Assembly (NCBI GenBank): GCA_963774265.1
Contig: CAVZDU010000003.1
Coordinates: forward strand, 256,001 to 320,000
Length of the DNA stretch: 64,000 bases
Source: an uncultured Chloroflexia bacterium
GTDB lineage: Bacteria; Chloroflexota; Anaerolineae; CG2-30-64-16
Direction: 5' to 3'
Numbering within the stretch: position 1 is the stretch's first letter; each line of letters opens with the position of its first letter. Position numbers and translations under genes: made by a program. The notes below the pieces were generated by a model, which was given only the letters and a program-made list of their open reading frames with translations, searched no databases and was not told the DNA's origin. This document shows positions 21,981 to 32,755 of this stretch, in pieces.

Positions 21981-21991
21981 GGCGGCGCTCC

Positions 21992-23218
21992 CTATTCCTT
22001 TGCCTGCGCGTGGATCAGGTCGATCAGCATGTTGGCGGCCTCGATCGCAAACGCCGGATCCTCGATGTGCGTGTCGCGCTCCACGATCCGGATGTTCTTG
22101 GGCAGGCCGGCCTTCAGCTCGGCGACGAACGCCGCGTCGGCCTCGGGATCGTAGAAACCCATGCCCTTCGACGGCATAGGAGTCGTAGCCGGCGGTGGGG
22201 ATCATGAAGACGGCGTCCTGCTCGGTGTACTGCAGACGTCGTGCAACCTCCTTGCCCACCTCGGCCATCTCTTCCCGGTTCAGCCGCACGTCGGTGATCT
22301 TCGGGCTGTGGCGGATCAGGGTGCGGGTGTTGAACGGCGGCGGGACGGTCTCGGGCTCGTTGAAGACCAACACCTCGATCGCACCGGGACAGATCACCTG
22401 GGGCAGGCCCAGCTTCCCGGCCGTCGTCAGCCGCTCCGGGCCGCCGGCGAGCAGCGCGTGGTGCATCTCGTTGGAGACCTCGATGGTCGAGTAGTCCAGC
22501 ACCGCGCCGATGATCCCTTCCTTCATCATCTGCTCCATCGCCCGGCCACCGGGGCCGATGGCGTGGAAGACGATCGTCTCGAAGCCGGCTTCCTCCAGCA
22601 CCCTGATGGCCCTCATCGCGCCCTGGGTGGTGATGCCCACCGTGGTGACCGCCACCAGCGGCTTGTCCTCGCGTTCGAGCCGGACGTCCACCTGGGCCAT
22701 GCCGCAGACCGCGCCGGCCGCGTTGGCCAGGATCTTCCGCGTGACCGGGTTCAGGCCCATGATGTCGGTCACCGAGAACATCATGGTGATGTCCTTGATG
22801 TCGACCCAGGGCGCCACGTTGCCGGAGGCCATGGTGGACACCATCACCTTGGGAAAACCGTAGGGCAGGGCGCGCATGACCGCGGTGCTGAGCGTCGTGC
22901 CCTGCGTGCCGCCCACTGAGACGATGCCATGCACCTTACCCTCGGCTGCCAGCTTGGTCACGATCGCGGCCGCGCCGTCGGCCATCACCGGCGCGGCCAC
23001 CTCGCGGTCCGGGTGCTCCAGGATCTTCGCCAGCGACATGCCCCCGGCCTCGGCGACCTCCTCGCGGGTGATGTCGGCCGGGGTGGTGGCGCGCCGACCA
23101 CGCCGGTGTCTACGAGCAGGGCCGCGTCTCCGAACCTGGCGATCTGCTCGCGCAAATAGGCAGCTTCGACGCCTTTGGTGTCGAGGGTTGCCAGAACGAC
23201 GATGGTCTTGCCACTCAT
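21992..23218 (-). CDS. UPF0261 / Tm-1-like ATP-binding domain protein
   Basis: LATLDTKGVE, GGTQGT, ALPYGFPKVMVSTMASG, SVTDIMGLN, VFHAIGPGGRAME, AGGPERL, HIEDPAFA. Confidence 0.85.
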
Positions 23219-23312
23219 AGTGAACGCCTCCTTCAAGAGGTCAAGCGTCAGCGGTCAGGGATCAGCGTCCCGGTTCCCGGTATCTGCGCTCCTTGCTTTT
23301 CCGTCGACTCGC

Positions 23313-24665
23313 TCAAATCCCCTTGTCCGCAAACTTCGGATGGAACTGCTCGCCGGAGAAGCCCCAGCGCGTCACCGGCCGCTTGCGCAGGCCCCAGGTC
23401 TTCAGCGCGGCCATCAGTTCGGGCTTGTCCTGCGCGGCGACGTCCAGCGGGATGCCGGCCATGGCCGCGTCGATCGCCTGGCGGAACGCCATCGCGCCGG
23501 CGGTGTAGCCCATCGGATGGCCCAGCATGCCGCCGCCCGCCATGAAGATCATGTCCGGGCCGTTCTCTTCCAGCATCGGCGGCACCGCGCCGGGGTAGAT
23601 GCCCGCGCCCGGCATGGGGAAGATCGGCTTGATGTGGTAGAACGGCGCGTGCAGCGTCTGCGAGGTGCGCAGACACTCCTCCGGTGGATGCCACCGGGAT
23701 GCTCGACCAGATGCTCGGCGTGAGCATCATGTCCGCGCCGCACAGGCGGCAGATCTTGGCCAGCACCGGGAAGTTCATCGTCGGCAGCAGCGCCAGCAGG
23801 TGCGACACGTGCAGCAGGATCGGCGCAGTGATCTTCGGGTCCTCGGCCAGCACGCGCAGGATGGACGGCCCGGCCGAGTAGGCCAGCAGCAGGCCGGTCG
23901 CGCCCATCTCGCACGCCTTGCGCGCCTTCTCCTGGATGCGATCCACCTCGTCGGTGATGCTGACCATGTAGAGCGTCTTGTGGCCGGTCTCTCGCTCGGC
24001 CTTCTTGCAGCGCCTTCAGCACCGCCTCCAGCCGCGCCTCGAAGGGGCAGTTGGCCAGCTCGGTGCACATCTCGTCGTCCTTGCACAGGTCGGCGCCGCC
24101 CAGCGCGCTCTGGTAGACCTGGTTGGCGGTCTCCTCGGGCGTCATGCCCATCTTCGGCTTGATGATCTGCAGCGTCAGCGGCCGGTCGGGGACGCCCAGG
24201 ATCTTGCCGCACGCCGGGGATGCCGAACTTCGGCCCCTCGAACTTCTTCGCCAGCTTCTCGGGGATGTAGATGTCCAGCAGCCGCATCTTGGTCGGGAAG
24301 GCGAAGCAGTTGCCGGCGATCGAGAGCAGCAGCATCGGCACGTTGACGTTGACATCCCACGCCGCGGTGGGGAAGCCGAGCTGGATGATCGCCTTCTTGG
24401 TGCCCTTGGGCGCGGGGATCTCGTAGTAGCCGAGCACCTTGCTCATCAGCCGCTCGCGCACCTCCGGCGTCAGCTCCTTGACGTCCATCCAGCTCGAGGT
24501 CGAGCCTTCGGCCGCCAGCCGCTCCACCTGGCCCAGGTGATCGATGAAGTCCTGGTCTTCCAGCGTGTCCTCGATGTAGTAGGTGCCGACGATGAAGTCA
24601 TCGCTGGGGATGCAGCTTTCCCACATGTAGTTGAACATGTGCGGGTCGTAGAGATGTTTGGACAT
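23313..24665 (-). CDS. RuBisCO-like protein (form IV RLP), frameshifted
   Basis: [81 protein letters not shown]; frame breaks near 24210, 24005 and 23680. Confidence 0.92.
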
Positions 24666-24735
24666 TGTGTCTCCTAGGGATTCCGTTGGTATTCGTACCC
24701 ATCTGATTGCAAACGCCGACCTGATACGCTGACTC

Positions 24736-25723
24736 CTACCCCAGCAACGCCTCGCGCAGCATCGCACTCGCGTCCATCGCGTCGCCGCCCGCGATCACCT
24801 GGGCGATGCGGTCGCGGCCGATCTTGTCGAGCAGGCCGTGCAGCCCCTGGATCCAGTTGATGCTTTCGGTGGCGGCGCGGATGCCGTTCTCGCGGTAGGG
24901 GAAGATGTCGAGCGCATACCAGCCGGTGTAGTTCAGCCGGTCCAGCCAGTAGAGCAGCTCCAGCATCTCGATGGTGTGCACCGAGCCGACGGTCATGTCG
25001 TCGTCCCACAGCCGCCAGTTGTCGTTGAAGTGCATGTAGAACAGCTTGTTGCCGAAGTAGTGCAGCAGCGCGGCCGACTCGGCGACGTTCTCGTAGGCCA
25101 TCAGCGCTGTGGCCGATGTCGATCATCGCGCCGACGTTGGGCTGGTTGACCTTCTCGATCAGCAACAAGCGTCTTGCCGACGGTCGCGATGAAGCAGTGG
25201 GTGCGCGGCTCCTTCGGCTTGTACTCCAGCACCAGCTTGACGTCGGGCACGTGCTCGGCGCACTCGATCGTGCCCTCGATGATGCGATCCCAGGCGGCCT
25301 GGTAGTCGGCCTGGAACGGGTAGTCGTAGCCGTCCTGCCCGAACCAGAGATCCACCACCTCGCAGTCGAGCTGCCTGGCCCATTCCATCGATTTCTTGAC
25401 TTCCTGGATCGCCGTCGCGGCGGATCTTGCGGATCGTTGGCTGCGAAGGAGCCCCAGCCCCACTTGCCCGACGCCCAGATGTCGGGCGTGACGCAGGTCA
25501 CCTCGAAGCCGGCGTCCGCCACCTGGCGGCGGATCTGCTCGACGTTGCCGTCGTTGACGTGCCACATGCCGACCACTTCCACGCCGGTGAGACCGGGCAC
25601 CTGGGTCGCGGCCGCGATGAGTTGGTCGGTCGTCAGCCGCTCGCCGTAGCCGGAAAGCACGTAGCGGTCGGCGCAGGCGTTGAAGGTGTTGATGTTGGCG
25701 GAGAAACGGAGTGGTTCGGACAT
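24736..25723 (-). CDS. Xylose-isomerase-like TIM-barrel sugar isomerase (D-apiose isomerase-like family)
   Basis: DRYVLSGYG, WFGQDGYDYPFQ, EYKPKEPR, IDIGH, NDNWRLWDDDM, LDIFPYREN; frameshifted. Confidence 0.82.
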
Positions 25724-25772
25724 GGAGCCTCCTGACGGATTGAAGATTGAAGATTGCAGGTTGCAGACGGTG

Positions 25773-26851
25773 TCAAATTAGCAGCCCATACGGCTCCTCG
25801 ATCAGATCGACCACGCGGTCCAGGAACTGCGCGGCCAGCGCGGCATCAAACACGCGGGGGTCGCATGATAGCGTGAGAAAGGCCGTGTGCCGCACCGTCA
25901 GGCGACCATCCACCGCGGCCGGCCGCTCTGCGATTCGTCCGATCGCGAGGACGGCAGATTGGGACGGGTTGAGGACGGCCTGGAAGCTGTCGATCCGGAA
26001 TGTGCCCAGGTCCACGAGGGCTAAGGTTACAGGTTGCGGACTGCAGGTCGTGAGCGTTTCCTGCCGTGCCTTCTCGACCAGCGCCGCCCGCTCGGACGCG
26101 ATCTGCGACAACGGCTTGCGGTCGGCATCCCGGAGGACCAGCGCGACCGGCCCTGTATCTGTGATGGTCGCGATCCCGATGTCGACCTGCGCACGCAGCC
26201 CGACGCGGCCGTCCTCCCAAAGCGCATTAGCGCGCGGATCTGGGCCAGCGCCGCGCCGCAGATGCGAACCAGCAAGTCCGTGACGGTGAGTTGGACGCCC
26301 GCGCGCTTCTCGACGACCGGCGCCAGTCTTGTGTGCAGCTTCAGTAACGCCTCCGCGACGACCTCGACGCTAACGAAGATTGAAGATTGAAGATTGAAGA
26401 TCGCGCCCCCGAAGCCCGTAGAGGCAACCATTGGGGCTGCCCCTGATTCTTGCGCTGCTGCAGCCAGCACGTCCCGCTCGATCACGCGGCCGCGTGGCCC
26501 GCTGCCCACCAGCGCTCGCCAATCCATCTCAAGCCCCCGCGCGCGCCAGCGCGCCCGTGGGGACGAGAATATCTTCCTTCTTCCTTCTTCCTTCTTCCTT
26601 TCGCCCTCTTCCTCCGCCGCATAGAGCCGCGCCAGAAGCGCACCCACCCGCGCCTTCTCGCCCGCATGCACCTCCAGCGTGCCCAGCACCCCGGATGCCT
26701 GCGCCTCCACTTCGACGGTCACTTTGTCGGTTTCAACCTCAAGGAGGGGTTGTCCTTGTACGACGAGTTCCCCCTCGGCCGCGAGCCAACGGACCACGGT
26801 TCCTTCTTCCATCGTGAGGCCCAGCCTGGGCATTGAGATGTCAGTCGGCAT
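25773..26851 (-). CDS. Dihydrolipoamide acyltransferase (E2), copy 2, degenerate-looking catalytic domain
   Basis: [32 protein letters not shown]; C-terminal [11 protein letters not shown] replaces the canonical DHR. Confidence 0.75.
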
Positions 26852-26861
26852 CGCTGCTCCA

Positions 26862-27849
26862 TCACCGATCCCGGTAAAGCGCAGCTTTGGCCGCCATGAT
26901 GATTTTCTCGACGTTGGGAAGCGCAGCCAACTCCAGGCGCCCGTTGTACGGCAGCGGCACGTCCTCGGCTGCCACCTGCATGATCGGCGCGTCGAGCCAG
27001 TCGAACGCCTCCCGCTGCACCCGGGCCGCCACTTCCGCGGTGAAGCCGCCGGTCAAGGCGCCCTCGTTGACCACCACCAGCCGTCCGGTCTTCTCCACCG
27101 ATCGGACGATGGCAGGCAGGTCCAGCGGCTTGAGCGTGCGCGGGTCGATCACCTCGGCGTCGATCCCCTCTGCCGCCAGCTTCTCGGCCGCTTCGAGCGC
27201 GAAGAGCACCATGCGGGAGGTGGCGACGATCGTCACGTCCTTGCCCGGCCGTTTGACGTCGGCCACGCCGATCGGGATCAGGTACTCGCTCTGCATCCGG
27301 CACCGGCCCGGTCGTGTTGTAGAGCAGCTTGTGCTCGATGAAGATCACCGGATTGTCGCTGCGAATGGCGGACTTGAGCAGCCCCTTGGCATCGTAGGGG
27401 GTGGACGGCTGGATCACGACCAGGCCGGGGATGTGGACGAACCACATCTCCAGGCTCTGTGAGTGCTGCGCGGCGTTGCCGCGGCCGCCGCCGCCCTGCG
27501 TGCGCATCACCAGCGGCACGCTCGCCTTGCCGCCGAACATATAGCGCGCCTTGGCCGCCTGGTTGACGATCTGATCCATCGCCAGCGCGCTGAAGTCGAT
27601 GTACATGATCTCGACCACCGGCCGCAGGCCGGTCATCGCCGCGCCCACCGCGATGCCGGTGAAGCCGGCTTCGGAGATGGGCGTGTCGCGCACCCGCTTC
27701 TGCCCCGAACCGTTCGTAGAGGCCGCGGGTCACCTGCAGCACGCCGCCATAGCGGCCCACATCCTCACCCAGGACGCATACTGCCGGGTCGCGGGCCATT
27801 TCCTCGTGCAGGGCTTCGTTGAGCGCATCACGGTAAGGATTTCACGCAT
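26862..27849 (-). CDS. TPP-dependent dehydrogenase E1 beta subunit, copy 2
   Basis: [56 protein letters not shown]; frameshifted. Confidence 0.9.
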
Positions 27850-27872
27850 GGTGGTTCCTCGCACGCTTAGTG

Positions 27873-28878
27873 CTATAGCATGGCCGATGGATGCAGCTCG
27901 CTATTCGTTGAATCTTCGCATACACATCTTCCCAAGGCCGATCTCCGGCTCGGGACTCGCCTTGCCGAAGGCGATGGCGTCGTCGATGTCGGCGCGGGCC
28001 TGCAGGCGCAGCGCTTCCAGATCCGCCTCGGCGAAGCCGAACTCGCGCGATCAGCCGTCGCCCGAACCGGCTGATCGGGTCGCGCTCGGCTGATTTCCAC
28101 AGCGCGGTCTCTTCCTTCGGCACGGTAGCGAGAGCGGATCGCCGACCGTGTGGCCCTCGATCCGGTACGTCTGCGCGACCAGGAAGGTCGGGACCGCCGC
28201 CGGTGCGGGCCTGTGCGACAGCCTGGCGCGTCGCTTCGTAGACCGCCAGCACGTCGTTGCCGTCCACGGTCACTGCGGGCATGCCGAACGCCTGCGCCTT
28301 CAGCTCCAGCCGCTCGACCGCGATGAACGGCCGGCTCGGGCTGAACTCGGCGTACTGGTTCTCCTCGCACAGGTAGATGATCGGCAGCTTCCAGAGGGCC
28401 GGCCATGTTGCCGGCTTCCATCAGGATCCCCTGGTTGCTGGCGCCGTCGCCGAAGAAGCAGACGCCACCTGGCCGGAGCCGCGCAGGTCGGCCGAGTAGG
28501 CCGCGCCGGTGGCGAGGGCGATCCCGCCGCCGACGATGCCGTTGGCGCCGAGGATCCCCAGGTCGAAGTCGGCGATGTGCATCGAGCCGCCCTTGCCCTT
28601 GCAGTAGCCGGTGGCCCGCCCCAGCAACTCGGCCATCATCCGCCGCGGGTCGCCGCCCTTGGCCAGGCAATGGCCGTGGCCGCGGTGCGTGCTGGTGATG
28701 TAGTCATCCCGGTTGAGCGCCGCGCACGCGCCGACCGCCACCGCTTCCTGCCCGGTGTAGGTGTGCGTGGTGCCGCGCAGCATGTTCGCCATGAACAGCG
28801 CCCGCGCGCCTTCATCAAAGTAGCGGATCAGCCACATGCGGTGGTACATGTCGGAGAGTTGGTCGCGACAAGATCCAT
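27873..28878 (-). CDS. TPP-dependent dehydrogenase E1 alpha subunit, copy 2
   Basis: HTYTGQEA, STHRGHGH, KGKGGSMHIAD, GANGIVGG, FFGDGASNQG, TYRIEGH; frameshifted. Confidence 0.9.
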
Positions 28879-28947
28879 GAGGTCTCCGGAAAGTGGCGGA
28901 GCTGAGTGCGGATGCGTAGTCGGCGGCATGCACCTACGTCCGCAGTA

Positions 28948-29687
28948 CTATCTCAAGTACAAGCCCACCGTTCACGTCCAGCGTCGCGCCGGTGATGAAG
29001 GCTGCGTCGTCGCTGGCCAGGAAGCAGACGGCGGCGGCGATCTCGTCCGGCTCGCCGAAGCGGCCCAGCGGGATCTGCGCCCTGCACCCGGGCCTGCATC
29101 TCGTCCGACCACGCGGCGGTCAGGTCGGTCGAGGTCGTCGCCGGCGACACGCAGTTGACGGTCACCCCGTCCGGCGCCAGCAGCTTTCGCCAGCGTCTTG
29201 GTCAGGCCGATCAGCCCGGCTTTGGACGCGGCGTAGTGCGCGCCCACCAGCAGGCCGCCCATCTGCCCGCCCACTGAGGCGATGTTGACGATCCGCCCGC
29301 GTCGGCCGGCCTGCCGCAGGTGGGGCAGCGCTCGCCTGGCAGCACAGGAACGCGCCCTTGAGGTTCACCGCCAGCACGCGATCCCACTCGGCCTCGCTGA
29401 TCTCGGCGAAGGCTGAGAGCGGGCAGATGCCGGCGTTGTTGACCAGGATGTCGAGCCCGCCGAAGGCCGCGACGGTCGCCTCGACCGCGCGGCGCACCTC
29501 GTCCGGCCGGCTCACATCGGCCCGAAGCGCGATGGAGCTGACAGGTCTATCAATGCCTGCCAGGGTCTGTGACGTCCAGCAGCGCGACTTCTGCCCCACG
29601 CTCGGCCAATGCGATCGCGATCGCCAGCCCGATCCCGCGCGCCGCGCCGGTGACGAGGGCGGTGCGACCGTCCAGATCATTCATCAT
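28948..29687 (-). CDS. Short-chain dehydrogenase/reductase
   Basis: [40 protein letters not shown]; frameshifted. Confidence 0.88.
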
Positions 29688-29699
29688 GTCACCCTCGCG

Positions 29700-30690
29700 T
29701 CCCCGTATCACCGCTGTCACGCTTCGTCAGCACCCGCTTCACCGCTGCGACGATATCCGCACGGCCATGCCGTACATCGGGAACAGCTCGGCCGGGTCAC
29801 CCGAGCGGCAGAACGTGTCGGGGATGCCGACGCGCGCCATGGGCACGAGGGTGTGCTCGACCAGGTACTCGGCCACCGCGCCGCCCAGCCCGCCGATGAT
29901 ACTGTGATCCTCGACGGTGACGATCGCGCCGGTCTCCTCGGCCGCGGCCTGGACCGCGTCGCCGTCCAGCGGCTTGACCGTGTGCATGTCGAGCACGCGC
30001 GTCTGGATGCCGTCGCGCGCCAGCTCGTCCGCCGCGTCCAGCGCCAGCGACACCATCACGCCCATCGCGATGATCGTCACGTCGCCACCTTCACGCACCG
30101 TGAACGCCTGGCCCAGGGTGAACTGCTGGGCCGGGTCGTAGATCACCGGCACCGGGTTGCGGCCCATGCGGAAGTAGGCCGGCCCGTCGAGCGCGACGAT
30201 CTGCCGGAGCAGCGCCGGAACCGCGATCGCGTCCGCGGGAACGACCACCGTCATGTTCGGCATCGCGCGCATGATCGCCACGTCCTCGGTGCCCTGGTGC
30301 GTCGGGACCGTCCCAGCCCACCTCCAGCCCACCGTGCGAGCAGATCACCTTGACGTTCAACCGGCCATAGCAGATGAAGCTGCGAATCTGCTCGCAGCCG
30401 CGCAGGGTCGCAAAGGTCGCATAGGTGCAGGCCAGCGGGATCAACCCCGCCGTCGCCAGCCCGGCCGCGCCGAGCAGCATGTCCTGCTCGGCCACGCCGT
30501 AGTTGATGTGACGGTCGGGGATATGCCTGCCGGAATGCACCGGTCTTCAGCGAGCTCGAGATGTCGGCGTCCAGCACGACCAGGTTGGGGATCTCGTTCG
30601 CCCAGGTCGACCAGCTCGGCGCCGAAAGCGTCGCGCAGCGTCCGTCTCGGGCGCGGCGAGCCGGAAAACTGGCGACCAGGGCGGTGCGAG
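29700..30690 (-). CDS. Transketolase C-terminal (pyrimidine-binding) subunit
   Basis: VVLDAD, YGVAEQDM, GWDGPTHQGTED, PNMTVVVPAD, GPAYFRMGR, VTVEDHSIIGGLG; boundaries approximate. Confidence 0.88.
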
Positions 30691-30699
30691 CAAGTTCAA

Positions 30700-31543
30700 G
30701 CGATTTCTCCCCTGGCTCCTCCCCCAACTCGGCCAGTGCAGCGATGGCCTGCTCGCGGTTCGGCGCCTTGCCGTGCCACTCGTGGCGGTCCAGCATGAAC
30801 GACACACCCTTGCCCTTGGTCGTGTGGCAATGATCGCCGCGGGAGTATCGGTCACACCCCTGGCCCAATCCAGCGCGTCGAGGATCTGGCTGATGTCGTG
30901 GCCGTCGATCTCCAGCACGCTCCACCGACACGCCCGCAGTTTGTCGGGCAGGGGGTCGAGCGAGAGGATGTCGTCCGACTTGCCGTCCACCTGCGAGCGG
31001 TTGTAGTCGACCAGGGCACACAGGTTGCTCAGCTTGTGGTGCCCGGCCAGCAGAAGCGCCTCCCAGGTCGCGCCCTCCTGCAAATCCCCTTCACCGAGCA
31101 TGACATACGTGCGGTAGGCCCGGCCGGTAATGAGCGGCTCCCATCGCCATGCCGGCTCCCGCAGCCAGTCCGCTGCCCAACGGTCCTGCGGTCATGTCCA
31201 CACCGGGGGTTTTGCGCATGTCGGGATGGCCCTGCAGGTGGCTGTGCGCCTGCCGCAGCCCCCACAGGTCGTCCACGGGGAAATAACCGCGCTCGGCCAA
31301 CGCCGCGTACCAGATGGGGCACGCGTGGCCCTTTGACATGATGAAGCGGTCGCGGTCGGGCCAGTCCGGTCGCGCCGGGTCGACCCGCAGCTCGCGGAAG
31401 TAAAGCGCCGCCATCATGTCAGCTGCGGACAGCGAGCCGCCCGGATGTCCCGAGCCGGCGTAGTATGTCATCTTGATGACATGGCGGCGGAGGCGGGCTG
31501 CGATGGCACCTAGTTCTTCGGGGAGCGTCTGGTCGGGAGGCAT
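30700..31543 (-). CDS. Transketolase N-terminal (TPP-binding) subunit
   Basis: SGHPGGSLS, RDRFIMSKGHA, LQGHP, GEGDLQEG...DYN, IDGHD, TKGKGVSFM...WH. Confidence 0.9.
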
Positions 31544-31550
31544 GGCGTCC

Positions 31551-31922
31551 CTATTTCCGCCCCGGATCATAAGCGCCCGGCGTGACCGGCGGCGAGAAGA
31601 GCGTGACCAGCTTCAACGGCGCCGCTGCATCGACGCGAATCTGGTGGGGCAGTCCTGGTGGGATGAACACGGCCACACCCGGCTCGAGGGGAGTTTCCTG
31701 CTCGTCCTCGATGATGCCGCCCGTGCCCTCCAGGATGTAGATGATCTCCTCCTCGGCCGCGTGTACGTGGGCCGCGGCCAGGGTGCCGGCGGGGAACTCC
31801 GCCAGGCCAAAGGCCAGGTTACGGGCTGGGCTGTTCAGCGGGCCTAGCAGATAGTACCAGTCCCGGCCCGGCAGATGGTAGATGGGGCAGCTGTGGGCGT
31901 TAGCAGTCTGAAGGTGCGGCAT
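31551..31922 (-). CDS. Cupin domain protein
   Basis: AHVHAAEEEIIYILEGTG ... IPPGLPHQI cupin motifs. Confidence 0.88.
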   Translation of the reverse strand: MPHLQTANAHSCPIYHLPGRDWYYLLGPLNSPARNLAFGLAEFPAGTLAAAHVHAAEEEIIYILEGTGGIIEDEQETPLEPGVAVFIPPGLPHQIRVDAAAPLKLVTLFSPPVTPGAYDPGRK

Positions 31923-31944
31923 CTTTCTCTCCCGTTCTACGCGA

Positions 31945-32716
31945 TCAACCTATCGGGGTGCTGCCGGAGCAAGGCCGGATCGTGCGGTGGAACCAGGATG
32001 CCGTCGATTTTGGCGATACGCTCCATGGCCTGGTGGCACTGGATCGAGGTTCACCGCCAGTCCGATCGGATGCCGTTTCTTGAGGTTCTCCGTGTAGAAG
32101 ATCGTATCGCCGGGAAAGACCGCGACCCCTCGCTTCGTCTGCACCGTGAACGCCTGGCTGCACAACGTGTGTCCGCCGATGTAGAACGCACCGATTCCGG
32201 GCAGTATCTCGGGCGCTTCATCGTCCGCCAGGATCAGTCGATCGCGCGCCTCGCTCGCGAAATAGGCCAGCACGTCGTGTGGGAAGAGCGGGTGAGGGCA
32301 CAAGCCCTCCACAGGTGGGTCGAGTGTCAGGTGGAAACCGGTCCGAGAGACGATGAATTGTGCATTGGGAAATAGCTTGGCGTTGGACACGTGGTCGTAG
32401 TGCAGGTGAGTGAGCAGCACCGCTGCGACGTCCTCCGGGCTGATGCCCTCTTGCCGCAGGAGCAGCGGGATATTCTGCGTCGCCATGTCCATGCGGAATT
32501 GCCCCGCTCGCCCACGCCTGCCATTACCATCGGCTGAATCTCGTCCACGTCGCGCACGCCGGGGTCCACGAGCATCACTTGGCCGTCGTCTCGGCGCAAT
32601 ACGAAAAAGAGAAAGTCAGCGGTCAGCCATTCGTCCCAGCGTGCCATGTAGAACATCTGCGGACCGGGCACTGATTGCTCGCAGAACTTGATCGCTTTGA
32701 TGGAATAGGTCGCCAT
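31945..32716 (-). CDS. Metallo-beta-lactamase-fold hydrolase (AHL-lactonase-like)
   Basis: LVDPG, LLTHLHYDH, GGHTLCSQ, FPGD motifs; frameshifted. Confidence 0.82.
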
Positions 32717-32755
32717 TGGCTCACGCCCCTTTTCAACCACGCTGCGCTTGTGGTC

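Noticed and set aside
21456-23039. Natural Tm-1-like fusion of UPF0261 and the TIM-barrel domain
   Set aside because: The read-through arises from a frameshift near 22180. UPF0261 has its own stop at 21992 and the next gene has its own RBS and ATG at 21980.
23313-24665. True CO2-fixing RuBisCO / Calvin cycle operon (with transketolase and aldolase)
   Set aside because: It lacks apparent R295, H327 and K334 equivalents, no phosphoribulokinase or small subunit is present, and the context is catabolic.
9710-32716. Mass pseudogenisation or programmed frameshifting of the sugar cluster
   Set aside because: Breaks are scattered 1-bp indels with motifs intact on both sides, and they also hit unrelated genes elsewhere. 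This fits long-read consensus error better, though raw reads are needed to be sure.
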